DNA of 64,000 nt, taken from positions 36,394,001 through 36,458,000 of the forward strand of contig NC_091478.1 in assembly GCF_036971445.1 (NCBI RefSeq), in the 5' to 3' direction. The notes beneath the pieces were generated by a model, which did no database searches, was not told where the DNA came from, and saw only the letters and a list, made by a program, of their open reading frames with translations. This document shows, piece after piece, positions 25,833-37,672 of the stretch; positions within the stretch are counted from its first letter, which is position 1, and every line of letters starts with the position of its first letter. The DNA is from Narcine bancroftii (lineage: Eukaryota). Position numbers and translations under genes: made by a program.

Positions 25833-26509
25833 AAGTGTGAACACGACATTGTCTCAAAGAATGGGTCTGTTCCTTCAAGTCTGGTGATATACTTCCTAGA
25901 GGTGACCATGATTGACATGAAGCACGTACAAATGCAATCCATTCTAGACTGCATTACATCTTTATTTCCTTGTGAAAAATCCCTTTTTCTATGATTAAAA
26001 CGGTGAATCCAGGAATTTTGTTCAAATCCCCTAACTTTCTGCAAAACTTGATACACTAAAGTGTGGAAGGGAGAGAGCTGACGAAGACCCATTGGAATTA
26101 GCAGTCTGGGTTGTGTAATGAATGGTGTACGCTCCATTAATTAATTAATTTAAACTTGAGAGAAGTACTTTGAAAACTTTCATTTAATACTTAGTTTTTA
26201 ACTGAAAATAGCATAGGTAAAACAAAGAAACAGATCATTCATCTCATCTGATGTTTTGCCAATGTTTATGAACCTTAAACTCTTGTCATAGTTTCTTTAA
26301 ACTTTCCTCCTTTTACTCTTGGCCATCTTTCTATTAATATATTGGTGCTACGAACTTTCTCAACCACCCCATGTGCATTCTAATCATCTCAAGAAAAAGT
26401 TGAGCAAACAAAATCAAAGCTGATCCTCCAATGTAACTTAATATGCTGCTTATTTTGTTAAAACGAAGCACCATTTTTATAAATATTTAAAAAATTACAT
26501 TGCATTATT

Positions 26510-26712
26510 TGGAAGAAAAAGTGAAGTTATCCCTGGTTACTGGTTGATATTTATCGGAGAAAATTATAATTTGTTCATTATCACAAAGTTAGTGTTTGGA
26601 ATTGGCTATGTACAGATCGACTGCCACATTATCTACATTGCCATAATTATTCATCTTCAGCCATTTTGCTTTGGTGCAAAATTGTAAAGAGAATATATTA
26701 ATGCAAATCTTC
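26510..26712 (+). mobile_element. Old DeuSINE fragment
   Basis: gaagttatccctgg..gttcattatcaca..ttggctatgtacagatcgactgccac..atattaatgcaaatctt. Confidence 0.5.
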
Positions 26713-26724
26713 TGGGTTACCCGC

Positions 26725-27075
26725 TAACAGGAGGAACAACACCTAATTTTCCATTTGCGCATCCTCCAACCAGATTAACAGTGACTCCTCCTGTTTCCAT
26801 TGGGTCCCTCTCCCATAACTCTCTCTTTCACTATCCCTGTCTCCAGCTCCACACCCACTTTCTTCTCCTTCCAGAGAGCTTCCCCCTCCCCCCTCATTGC
26901 TTAGTTTTTTACCTGTTCTGCCTGCCCACCCATATCCCCCTGTGACCTCTTCCCTGTTGTTCCCTTCTTCCCCCACTATTTTATTGAGGCCCCTGGCTGC
27001 TTTTTGCTTAGACCTTGATGGAGGCTTCTCTTTGTTTCCAATGGATGCTGCGTTTCTCCAGCACTTTTGTGCACT
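26725..27075 (+). mobile_element. Penelope-like terminal repeat (pLTR) fragment
   Basis: acaacacctaattttccattt..ctccaaccag; C/T-rich body; atggatgctgc..tttctccagcacttttgtg. Confidence 0.65.
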
Positions 27076-28300
27076 GGGTTCAGTAAATCCTGCCTTGCAT
27101 GTATGTGACCTGGTTGTGTACCACTCAATTCCTTAAAGTCTTAGGCCACTCTATCATTATTCTCCATGAAAAAGAACTCCAGTCAGTTCAATACCATCTG
27201 ATCATCATAACTTCTCAGCTCTGGCATTGGCCATGAGCAGTAAACTGCAGAATATTGAACAGAACATGTAACATTTTTTTTACTGATTGAAAGGGCTTGT
27301 CCATATAAAAGAAAGATGGGTGCAATTCACATTGATTTCTCACCAGTATCTGTGCTGACATTGGACAGTAATGTGTTTGTGATAGTGGAGACCATTTTGT
27401 TTAATGAATATACTCACTGCAAGGTCATCAGATTACATTACACTTTACAAAAAGGCAGCAGAAGTTACTTTGTCAAAGTGTATGAGTCACACATGCACAA
27501 CCTATATCATTAAAGTCTCTGAATCGGCTGAATATCCACAGCCTAAGAAAAATCCATCTTATTTTGAAAATAATCGATCGCTCCTAATTGTGTCGCACGT
27601 GCAAAGTGCTCATTGAACTTGCAGCTGATCAACTCAAGTGATGTTGTTTTTAGCGCTAATTCATTCCCAGATAGATTGGAAAAGCTATTTCTCCCAAGCC
27701 AGCGTTCATCAAACAAATCTGATCTTTTTTTGTTCAAGGCCACACAAAAAAAAACAATCAAGTTACTTGGTCATTTTCCTTTCAGTCTTGCAGATGACAC
27801 TTTCATTATAAACTTGCACATTAAATGACACTGTACTGTGAACAATTTTAGTCTCTATAAGAATGTTACAGTACTTGGGCACTAGAGATGATGGGAAAAT
27901 AATTGCTGGGCTGATAACCAGCAGGCATGTGAGTGTGATGGGCAGTCCCCTGATGGAGTTTTTTCACAACAGTGTGAGTGCTTGAAAAGGTAATGATAAT
28001 CATTTTACTGTAAGTGATGTGGAATTCAGCAGATATGCTGCTGGCTCTGTGTGGAAACGGACAGTGGAGAGAGCTAACAGATCCAGCGCTCGGAGTATGT
28101 CAGTACTTCAAGTTCTTCCATATTTAACAACACGACACGGAATTTCTGGGCTCATGGTTTGGAACTGGCTTTTGACAATAGTGTTAACATTAGCTGCACA
28201 TCCTCTCTGCTGCTTTACTTCCTGAACTGATGACCTGTTGAGGTGTATTGTGTGGGAAGGGACAAGTACGGAGGGTTCACAGAGCAACAAGTCAGTTCAT

Positions 28301-29260
28301 TGTAAGGAACTTTATCAAGGCACACATGAGAATTGCAACAAGGATAACACACACATGTATTCTCAATCACAAACTATAGTATAATCAGTCACATCGGACT
28401 TAACACCACCGATACTAGCAATTGTTTACACTCATACAAACACAGTACAACTCAGTCACATTGGACTTAACACTAATGTATCTAACAACTGTGTGGAGAC
28501 TTACAAGCACTTTACATCCCAGTCACATCAGACTTAACACTACCGATACTAGCAACTGTGTACAGACTATAACCAAGGATTAAAATAAGTTATCTGCTGT
28601 TCCTTGTCTAATGTGGTCATGGCTCCAATGTTATCTAACAGCCCTGATCCCTGTCTAGTACCCACCTTACCGAGACATCTCCAGTGTTGTCCACCGTTCG
28701 CAACCTGGAGTCGAGCCGGGTTTGTCTTAGGACCGAAGAGCAAAGAGAGAAAGCTACTGCACTTGGTGAGTTCATAGTACAGTCAGTTGGAAGGTCCAGC
28801 CTAGGTAATCACCAAGTGTTTAAAGGGGCCAATGGTAAGGTGTGCACATTGTGGTTGGGCAAAGTCCAACCTTGATTGACAGATGCGATTCTGACTAGGT
28901 TCCAGATGGAGAGGACACGTGATCCTCCACAATCCACATTCCCACCAGGTTCCAGATGGAGAGGCCACACGCCCCTCCTCAATCTAGGCTACAAGGTGGC
29001 AGTGTGATTGCAGAGTTAACTTTTGTCTTAAACCACTGATGAGTAGAGCCACAGGAAATGGGGTACTTCTGCTTTGTTTCTCATGCCTTATTTATCTCCT
29101 GAATGTATGGGTTGATGTTGCCGTATAGTCTGACACTGGGCGGCGTATCTCTGGTGCTCCACACTTGGGCCAGCCTTCTTGCTCAGGAAAAGATATTATG
29201 TGGCTGTACTATCAGCAATATGCATCCACGTGGATGCTCTTTACAACTTTGATCATTACA
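28301..29260 (-). mobile_element. Probable solo LTR with internal tandem repeats
   Basis: TGTAA start, TTACA at 29241-29245 or 29256-29260; minus-strand CCAAT/TTTAAA near 28819-28834; 50-bp duplication at 28897 and 28947; no clean TSD. Confidence 0.45.
28386..28570. repeat. About three 67-bp degenerate tandem units
   Basis: CAGTCACAT(CG/TG/CA)GACTTAACAC at 28386, 28453 and 28520. Confidence 0.9.
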
Positions 29261-29509
29261 GAAGAATTGTGGCAAAGTATGAAGACTGAGCCTTTGTCTC
29301 CTTTATGTATCCCCTGAATCCCATTGAAGTAGTGATATGAATTTGGATGTTTTTAACCATTCAAATATTTATTATAATATCAATGCATTTCTTATGTAAT
29401 GCAGATTGGTGTGTGTGCAATGGAATCTTTGGCTAACGTTCCAGTATCTCATGGGCTCCTTTACTCATGATTTGTGTAATGATAAGATTGGATATTCGTA
29501 TATTGCTAA

Positions 29510-29700
29510 TGGTGGCTTGGTGGTTTAGCACTCAGTGCTGCTTCATCACAGCTCTGGAAACTGGGTTCACTTCTCTCGTTGCTTGATTTCCCTGTGGAGT
29601 TTGCATTGTTCGCCCCAGGAACAGGTGGATTTCTGCTGGGTGCTTGAGTTGTGAGAGCAAACTGGTAGGTTAATTGGCCACTGTAAATCACCACTTAATT
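29510..29700 (+). mobile_element. V-SINE
   Basis: ggtggcttggtggtttagc..ctgggttca..ctgtggagtttgcattgttc..ggtaggttaattggccactgtaaa. Confidence 0.75.
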
Positions 29701-30452
29701 TAGGTAAGTGTCAAAAGAATCAAAAGGTCATTTGGACGGGGGTGGGAGGTGTGGAGGCGCTCTTTTAAATCAACAACCCTCCCGGTGTTATCGACCTCCT
29801 TTTGACCCCTGCCATTTATCAACCCCCTAGATGGTCCCCGCGACCCATGGGGATCAATGTTGACCACTTTGGAGACCCCTAGATTAAACAAAAGGCATGT
29901 TCTTGATATTACTGCAGTAGATTTCTTCCATCCCACCAAATGATTTATCCACAAAAGCACACTTCACAAAGATCAAATTAAATAGGTTTAGGTGCTAGAA
30001 TCAATTGTTAGAATAAAATTACTTCACATTGTTGACCATCCATTCGTTAGAGTGTGTAGCTGGCCATGTCTTATCAGTCTAATATGGCCCACAAAAGAAA
30101 TTATGGAACATATTTCATTTTTTTGTAATGGCCTTTCCTGCCTTGAAAAAAGTCTTGAAAACATTGTATTAGAAATCACAAGTCAATTACAGCTTTTGCA
30201 TCAACAATGCACAATTATTGCTGCTGCAAAGCAATGAATTTTGTGACACATATTCATGACAAAACATTCTGATTCTGAAGTCAGTTTCTTTTTAAGTCAA
30301 GTCGATCGTAACCCAGCAAGCCCCTGCACATCGACAGTTTAGCCCGGACTAAGAAAATGACGTTACAGGGAAGTTGACAGAAATTTATAGGAAAGTCTTC
30401 ACCTCTCCACCTATCTCGGAATGGGATTAAAAATGGGGTGTAAAGTACATAA

Positions 30453-30806
<354 letters not shown>

Positions 30807-31246
30807 TAAATTCAAATAATATTCTTACTGCTTAAGATGCAAGTTAATTCAATTATTTACAGCAATAAGCAATGCAGGTGGACTCCTGTATTTGGGAAGG
30901 TAGGTTTGCGTTCCAAGCAAACGTTCCGTGACTTGATTTTCTGTTGTCTTCAAATGAGTCATATCTGTGTGACAAAAATTGCAAGTTGGAAAAAAAATGT
31001 GTACTTATTACTTATTTATATTCTGCAATTGAACTTTTTGGGTGATTATTTGTGATTGTTATAAGGGCATATTTCCATAATCCAAATGGTTGAAATGTGG
31101 GGGTTGCTGTGACACCATAATACCTTACCTGCAGGGTTCCCTTAACATAAGGAGATTGTCAAAATATTGTTTAAATTGAAGACATTGTTATTTTTGCCAT
31201 TTACATGTTTTGAATTGTACAGAGAAGGGGAAACAACTGTTTATAC

Positions 31247-31378
31247 CAGTGGTTTTCAAACTTTTTCTTTCCACTCACATACCACTTTAAGTAATCCCTT
31301 TCTAATCGCAGAGCACCTATGGTATAGGGATAACTTAAAGTGGTATGAGAGTGGAAAGAAAAAGTTTGTAAACCACTG
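31247..31378. mobile_element. Palindromic hAT/Charlie-type MITE (132 bp)
   Basis: CAGTGGTTTTCAAAC...GTTTGTAAACCACTG with roughly 50-bp inverted arms. Confidence 0.88.
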
Positions 31379-31490
31379 CTTTAATCGCACCTAATTGACT
31401 CATTATGTGCATGGTTTCATAACTCCAAAGGAAATGGGCCAATAACAATTTTTCTCAAGCAAAATATTTCAGTAACAATTGGGTCTAAAG

Positions 31491-31612
31491 CAGTGATTCT
31501 CAACCTTCTCTTCCCACCCACATACCAGTTAAGCAATCTTTTACTAATCACAGGGCATCGATGGTATAGGGAATACTTAAAGTGGTATGTGAGTGGAAAG
31601 AAAAAATTTGAC
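31491..31612. mobile_element. Second copy of the same MITE, right end truncated
   Basis: gtctaaag|CAGTGATTCTCAACC..ccacatacc..ggtatgtgagtggaaagaaaaa. Confidence 0.85.
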
Positions 31613-32689
31613 AATTGAGAAAAGATCAGAATTAATGATGGATTCTTTAATCACTCACAATTCATGGACATAGTAATGGATACAGATGACACAAAACATT
31701 GCAGGCAGCAGTTTGCATTCCCTTCATATCTGTATTCAATAATTTTGTTGTTGCTTTTCCACTTATTTCTGCCTAAAAATGATGCAGTTTGGTCTAGATT
31801 CATGTTTACTACTCAATGTGGATTAGTAATGGACTCCCAAGTACACAGACTGGGTGATACACCATCAATTACTCAAAGACTGAGTTTGAGAAACCAATAG
31901 GCATTTTATTCACTAAAGAACAAAGGCACATCCCTACTGCTCAGGGTTGATGCCAATGGGGGAGGGGGTATCCATGGGCATTGCCCCCAAATGAGGTGCT
32001 GTCCCCCCCAAACGGTCTTGGCCATCCCTGGCTGTCAGACCCTCCTCCACCCCCTCCAGTGCCAGTAGCAGCTAGGTTGATGCACGCTAGCGACTCTCTG
32101 CCAGCCCCAGCTGCATCATTAGTGGGTGTGTCAAGCGTCTAGTGACGCTTACTCAATAAAAACAACGTCCTTATGCTTCATGTCGGGGGGTGGGGTGGGG
32201 GAGAGTGTTAATGACAGGTAGGTTCTCCTCCCCCCTCCGCGGACAGGTCCCTGCTAACACCCTCCCCACCCACCCCCCAAGCTGAACAACCCCCCCCCCA
32301 CCACCCCAACATGTGTTCTGGTGCCTACCCTGATAATGCTCGACTGTCCTGCACTGAGAAGGGGGCTGCAGAACAGTCACGTTTAAACAGGAACCTGCGG
32401 GAGGGGCCACAGTCTCATCGCCAACAGCTTCTCTTCTAAAGTAGAGCCCATTGTTATTGTGGAATATAATCTTTCAAAAATGAGTATTGTATGAAAATGA
32501 ATGAAAACTTGCCAATTTGAAAACTGTTTCAGTGATGAAGTCCATAGTACAAAAAATATGCACTGACAAATTCCAAAATAGCTAACTCTTCATCTCTCAT
32601 CATTCTATGTGGTAAAAGTGCCTTTGCCCGTTTGTATCTGCTATTGCATCAGATCCTTTCCCCTTCTTCCTACTTCCTACTTAGTGCAA

Positions 32690-33150
32690 TGAAACACAAA
32701 AGTCTGCAAAAGTAATGATTTTAGTAAAAAAATACTTCCAATTGGATGGCATTAACATTGAACTTCAGTTTCCATTAGCTCCCCCACCTATCCATATATC
32801 TCCTTTTCTAGCTCTAACTCGCTCTCTCTCTTTCCTTGTCCCTCTGTCTCCTTTCCCCAGCTCTGCATTCACAGAGCTAACCTCCCCCCTCCTCTAATCA
32901 ATTCTTACCTTTCCTCGCTCCTGTCCCTCCTATTCACATCCAATTAACACCTTTTGTCCGTTGCTCTGTACTTCTTCCCCTGCCCTTTCTTTCCTTCTCC
33001 ACAGCATTTTAATTTAGCTGCCTTCCTGGTTTTTTTTAAACCATACCTTGAAAAGGGGCACAGGCCCAACATATGTCAGTTATCTATCTTTACCTCCTAT
33101 GGTCACTATGAGACCTGCTGTGTTCTTCCAGCATTTCTGTGTTTTTACAT
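32690..33150 (+). mobile_element. Penelope-like pLTR fragment
   Basis: ggatggcattaacattgaacttc..; ccttgaaaaggggcacaggccc; gagacctgctgtgttcttccagcatttctgtgttttt. Confidence 0.65.
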
Positions 33151-34329
33151 TACTTGGTGCACCCGTTTCTGAATTGCAAGGGAAAATTAAAGTGATGAAG
33201 TTGATTCTGCCTGGCATACATATTTGAGATCTCTAAAGTCCAGGACGATAAGACAGCTGGTAGGGTATATTATATGAATTACTTCAATTTTTGTAAATGT
33301 TTCCAACCCACTAACAAATTCTACCAAAATGAGGTCAAGTTTATTTATCATCCGATTGAACAGCATCCTCCATCCTCAGTACAAAACACTGTAAATTACA
33401 TACAGAAAAATAATACATATGCACAGTACAAATATTAAAATAAATGAATATTATTTGTTAGATAGTTTGTCCAGTCAAGGAGGGTTTGTATGAGCAGTTG
33501 TTCAGCAGTCCCACGGCCTGTGGGAAGCAGCTGTTTCTCAGCTTGGTGGGTCTGGCTCTGATCCCCCTGTTTCTCTTTTCCAACGGGAGTAGCTGGAAAT
33601 GATGCTTCGTAGGAGACTCAACCCATCGTTCTCATGACATGCATAATCAGCTCTGAGTGAATTTGATGCCTTGTTTATATAATTAATTGGAATTGAAAGG
33701 AATGGAAGGCATAAAAGGGCAATATTAGGCAACACAGAACAAGTTCATGACGTTTGTGCATCTGTTATTTATATTGCCAACTTAAAGAGCACTAGAGCAA
33801 CATGTAATTTAATAGTAGCAACAGGTTCTAACATTAGAGGAAATGAGCTGTTGGGCCACACTGATTTTTCAACACCATCGGACCTGTTTTGCGGGGGGGG
33901 AAGGGGTGGCGGGGAGTGGCGCCAGGTCCACAGTGCATATCAAGTAATTTTAAATTCATTATACATTTTTATTTTGCATTTAACATCAAAGCACAGGAAC
34001 TAAAGTTAGTTATGGTTTTAAAGGATTATATTATTTTATCACACCTTTTAATCACAAACTTACTATAATTTTGAAAGCCAAGGAGAAATAAATACCTTCA
34101 GAGCTATTCGTTCCCAGATGCCATTGGCCATACTGCCCCCCCCCCCCCCGGCATTTTTTTGAACTGTGCGCTCACTGCTCAATCTCCTATGATGCGCCAG
34201 TGGGCCACCAAGGATCCACACCATCCACTCTGTTTTGACTACTGCCATCAGGAAAGAGGTATAGCTGTCACTAGACTCACACACCAGGTTCAGGAACAGT
34301 TGCAACCTTTCCGTTAATTATCAGAGCCC

Positions 34330-36758
34330 ACAGATTAGCAGAACAGGTACCGAAAATGGTAAATTTAGACCAAACTGGATTTATCAAAAAAAGACGCACA
34401 ACAGACAATATTTGTAAATTTATTAACTTAATTCATGCAGTAGAAGGAAATAAAGCACCGGCAGTAGCAGTTGCTTTAGACGCAGAGAAGGCCTTCGACA
34501 GAGTAGAATGGAATTACTTGTTCAAAGTATTGCAAAAATTCAGTTTACCGGAGAAGTATATTAATTGGATTAAAGCATTATATAAGGGACCGTTAGCGAA
34601 AGTGACAGTAAATGGACATGTATCAAAGCAATTTAACTTAAGCAGGTCAACGCGGCAGGGATGCCCACTATCACCATTATTGTTTGCGCTAGCTATAGAA
34701 CCACTAGCAGAATCGATAAGAAGAGATAATAATATAAAAGGAATAAAAATAAAAGACAGGGAATATAAAATCAGTCTGTTTGCGGATGATGTGATAGTGT
34801 ACTTAACAGAACCAGAACTATCAACAAAAGAACTATATAAGAAATTGAAGGAATATGGAGAAGTGTCGGGATACAAGATAAACGTAAATAAAAGTGAAGC
34901 AATGCCTATGAATAACGCGGATTTCTCAAAATTTAAGGAGGAATCCCCATTCAGATGGCAAACGCAGGCAATAAGATACCTAGGTGTGCAAATAAACAAA
35001 AATCTAGGCCAATTATATAAACTCAATTACAATCCACTAATGAAAAAATTACAGGACGATTTAGAGCATTGGAAAGAGCTACCACTAACACTGATAGGAA
35101 GGATAAACTGTATTAAAATGAACATTTTTCCAAGGATACTATACTTATTTCAGGCATTGCCAATACAACTGACAGAAAAATTCTTCAAAGAGTTAAAGAA
35201 AATAATAAGGAGATTTTTATGGAGAGGGGGGAAACCGAGGATAGCACTAGATAAATTAACAGAATGGTATAAACAAGGAGGCTTACAATTGCCAAACTTC
35301 AAAAATTATTATAGAGCCGCACAATTAAGGTACCTATCAGATTTTTATCAAACAAGGGAAAAACCAGACTGGACGAGACTAGAATTAGATAAAATAGGGG
35401 AAAAGATACCTGAACACATATTATATAAATGGGACGAAAAATTGGTAGAACATAGAACTTCTCCAGTATTACACCATCTCCTCAATATATGGAAGAAGAT
35501 TCATGTAGAAAGAAATAAAATAAATTACCAAATACCAAAACTAATATTGACGCAAAATAAGCTACTCCCTTTTACAATAGACAACCTTGCCTTTAGAAAA
35601 TGGGAAAAAAAAGGGATTAAAAGAATAGAAAATTGTTTTTCAGGAAGTAGATTCTTATCCTTTGAACAAATGAGAGATAAGTACAATATAACTGGAGATA
35701 CAGCGCTGGCATATTACCAACTGAGATCCTACTTGAAAGATAAATTAGGAAACAACTTGAGTTTACCAGAGGGAAGTAACCTTGAATATGTGATTACAGA
35801 TACAATGTTAATCAAAAGATTTATAAAAAATATGTATATTAAACTGCAAGAAAAGGAGAATGAGGAAACAAATGGTAAAACTAAACAAAAATGGGAACAA
35901 GATTTAAATATAAAGATAAAAAAGGAAACATGGGAGAAGTTATGCTCTGGAACGATGAGAAATACAATAAATACGAGGCTGCGTATGATACAATATAATT
36001 GGTTACACAGACTAAACATTACACCGCAAAAGTTAAATAAATGGGACCCAACAGTATCTGATAGATGTTTTCGATGTAAAAAAGAAAGGGGAACAACAAT
36101 TCATGCAATCTGGACATGTGAGAGAGTAGAAAAATTTTGGGATGATCTCAATCAGATATTAAATAAAATAACAGAAAACAATATACCAAAGAATCCAGAG
36201 ATCTTTCTCCTAAGTAACATAAAAAATAAAGAATTTGGAATTGACTTGGAAGATGCACAAAAAAGATTTGTCAAGATAGCCCTAGCCGTAGCAAAAAAAT
36301 GTATTATGTCAACCTGGAAATTGGAAGATAATTTGAAAATACAACAATGGTATATAGAAATGAATAAATGTATTCCATTAGAAAAAATAACATATAGTTT
36401 AAGAAATAATATTGAAATATTCGAACAAGTATGGGAGCCTTACATTAAATACAATAGCGAAAACCTACCGGGAACAAACATTACCTAAGTTGATGGAAGG
36501 AGAAGAAAAGAAAAGAATGGACTCAGTAGAATTTCTGGTGTATTTCTGTTGAATGACAACATTGTCTAACTGAATTAATGCAACCTAGATTGTATACCTA
36601 AAATGGATGAGAGGGGGGGGGGTGGAGGGGTGGCTTGGGAGGAGGGAGGGGGGAGGGAGAAAAAGTCACTGTAAATGTGTGGAAAAGAAAAAGTGTATAT
36701 CATGGCTATTGTGATTTATGGTGTGAAAAATAAAAAATTAAAAAAAAAAAAAAAAAAA
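34330..36758 (+). mobile_element. Young 5'-truncated L1-clade LINE with 3'UTR, poly(A) and a perfect 14-bp TSD
   Basis: TSD AATTATCAGAGCCC at 34316-34329 and 36759-36772; AATAAA plus an A-tail of about 20 nt; uninterrupted ORF. Confidence 0.96.
34356..36488 (+). CDS. L1 ORF2 C-terminal portion (RT and CCHC zinc knuckle), N-terminally truncated, endonuclease absent
   Basis: LDAEKAFDRV, RQGCPLSPLLF, FADD, RYLG, GGLQLPN and CFRC...H..WTC motifs in a 710-aa ORF. Confidence 0.93.
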   Translation: MVNLDQTGFIKKRRTTDNICKFINLIHAVEGNKAPAVAVALDAEKAFDRVEWNYLFKVLQKFSLPEKYINWIKALYKGPLAKVTVNGHVSKQFNLSRSTRQGCPLSPLLFALAIEPLAESIRRDNNIKGIKIKDREYKISLFADDVIVYLTEPELSTKELYKKLKEYGEVSGYKINVNKSEAMPMNNADFSKFKEESPFRWQTQAIRYLGVQINKNLGQLYKLNYNPLMKKLQDDLEHWKELPLTLIGRINCIKMNIFPRILYLFQALPIQLTEKFFKELKKIIRRFLWRGGKPRIALDKLTEWYKQGGLQLPNFKNYYRAAQLRYLSDFYQTREKPDWTRLELDKIGEKIPEHILYKWDEKLVEHRTSPVLHHLLNIWKKIHVERNKINYQIPKLILTQNKLLPFTIDNLAFRKWEKKGIKRIENCFSGSRFLSFEQMRDKYNITGDTALAYYQLRSYLKDKLGNNLSLPEGSNLEYVITDTMLIKRFIKNMYIKLQEKENEETNGKTKQKWEQDLNIKIKKETWEKLCSGTMRNTINTRLRMIQYNWLHRLNITPQKLNKWDPTVSDRCFRCKKERGTTIHAIWTCERVEKFWDDLNQILNKITENNIPKNPEIFLLSNIKNKEFGIDLEDAQKRFVKIALAVAKKCIMSTWKLEDNLKIQQWYIEMNKCIPLEKITYSLRNNIEIFEQVWEPYIKYNSENLPGTNIT

Positions 36759-37529
36759 AATTATCAGAGCCCGAAACAACAAACTCAATCGGAGACTCGT
36801 ACTTTTCACATTATTTATTTCTAATTTTTTTTCTATGTTGCGCAATCAGTTTGTTTACATTTCTTTTTTTGTTTACTTTTCTCTATTTTGTGTACATATC
36901 TTTCTCTTAAGTATATTTTACACTACCAATAAGTAGAATTTCTGCCTGGCCCACAGGTAAAAGAATCTCAGGGTTGTATGCGATGTCAGGTTTATACTGA
37001 CAATAAATTTGATCTTGCACTTGAACTTGAACACCAGCCTCCATTTCATTGATTCGATCTTCCACTACTTCAGAAAAGCAGCCAACATTAAAGAACACTC
37101 CTATCCTGGTCATATACCCTATCGCTTACTCCAAACCCCCACCCACTCTCCCCCCCTCTGACATCAGGTCGAAGTTAGAAGAGCTGAAAGCCCTCACCTC
37201 CAGATACACGGACAGTTTCTTTCATGCTGTTATGAGATTCTTGAATAGACCTCCCATTTGGGCTGTTTAGTTGGGCTTCTCCCTTTACAGGATTCCCTGT
37301 ACTTCTGTCATGTGTCAGAAGTGTTTCTTAAGATGAAAGTGCAGCGTATTTGCCCTTATAATCTCCATGTTTGTTTTATTGCAGTACTTTTGTGCACTAC
37401 TTGCCATAACGTGAATTGCATGCAAAACACGATTTTTCATGGTTCTGTACTCGACACAATTTTTAAAAAAAATCCTTGTCTCAGTCCTTTCTCATCACTT
37501 TCTGTACATTGATGATTGATCTGGCACTG

Positions 37530-37672
37530 CATCCTAGAGAAAACCCACACAGACACAGGGAGAATGCACAGACTTCTTATAGACAGCGTGGGGTATTCGA
37601 ACCCAGGTCCGGACCCAATTGCTGACGTTGTAAAGGCGTTGCAATAACCGCTACACCAACCATGCCACCCTT
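37530..37672 (-). mobile_element. V-SINE
   Basis: gaaaacccacacagacacagggagaatgcacagacttcttatagacagc..attcgaaccc. Confidence 0.78.

Larger units (their letters stand above)
34215..37030 (+). mobile_element. Rex/Babar-like LINE 3' end split by the L1 insertion (34215-34329 plus 36773-37030)
   Basis: The joined flanks are colinear with 22650-23002; gaacttgaac tail. Confidence 0.8.

Noticed and set aside
28386-28570. Regularly spaced repeats as a CRISPR array
   Set aside because: The 'spacers' are homologous to one another, the context is eukaryotic, and there are no cas genes. It is a tandem repeat.
30875-31131. Tigger-like MITE (CAGGT..ACCTG)
   Set aside because: The inverted ends are too short and there is no TA duplication, so it cannot be supported.
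31800-32430. LTR-like and hAT-like fragments with C/G runs
   Set aside because: Probably repeat-derived, but I could not define termini or TSDs.
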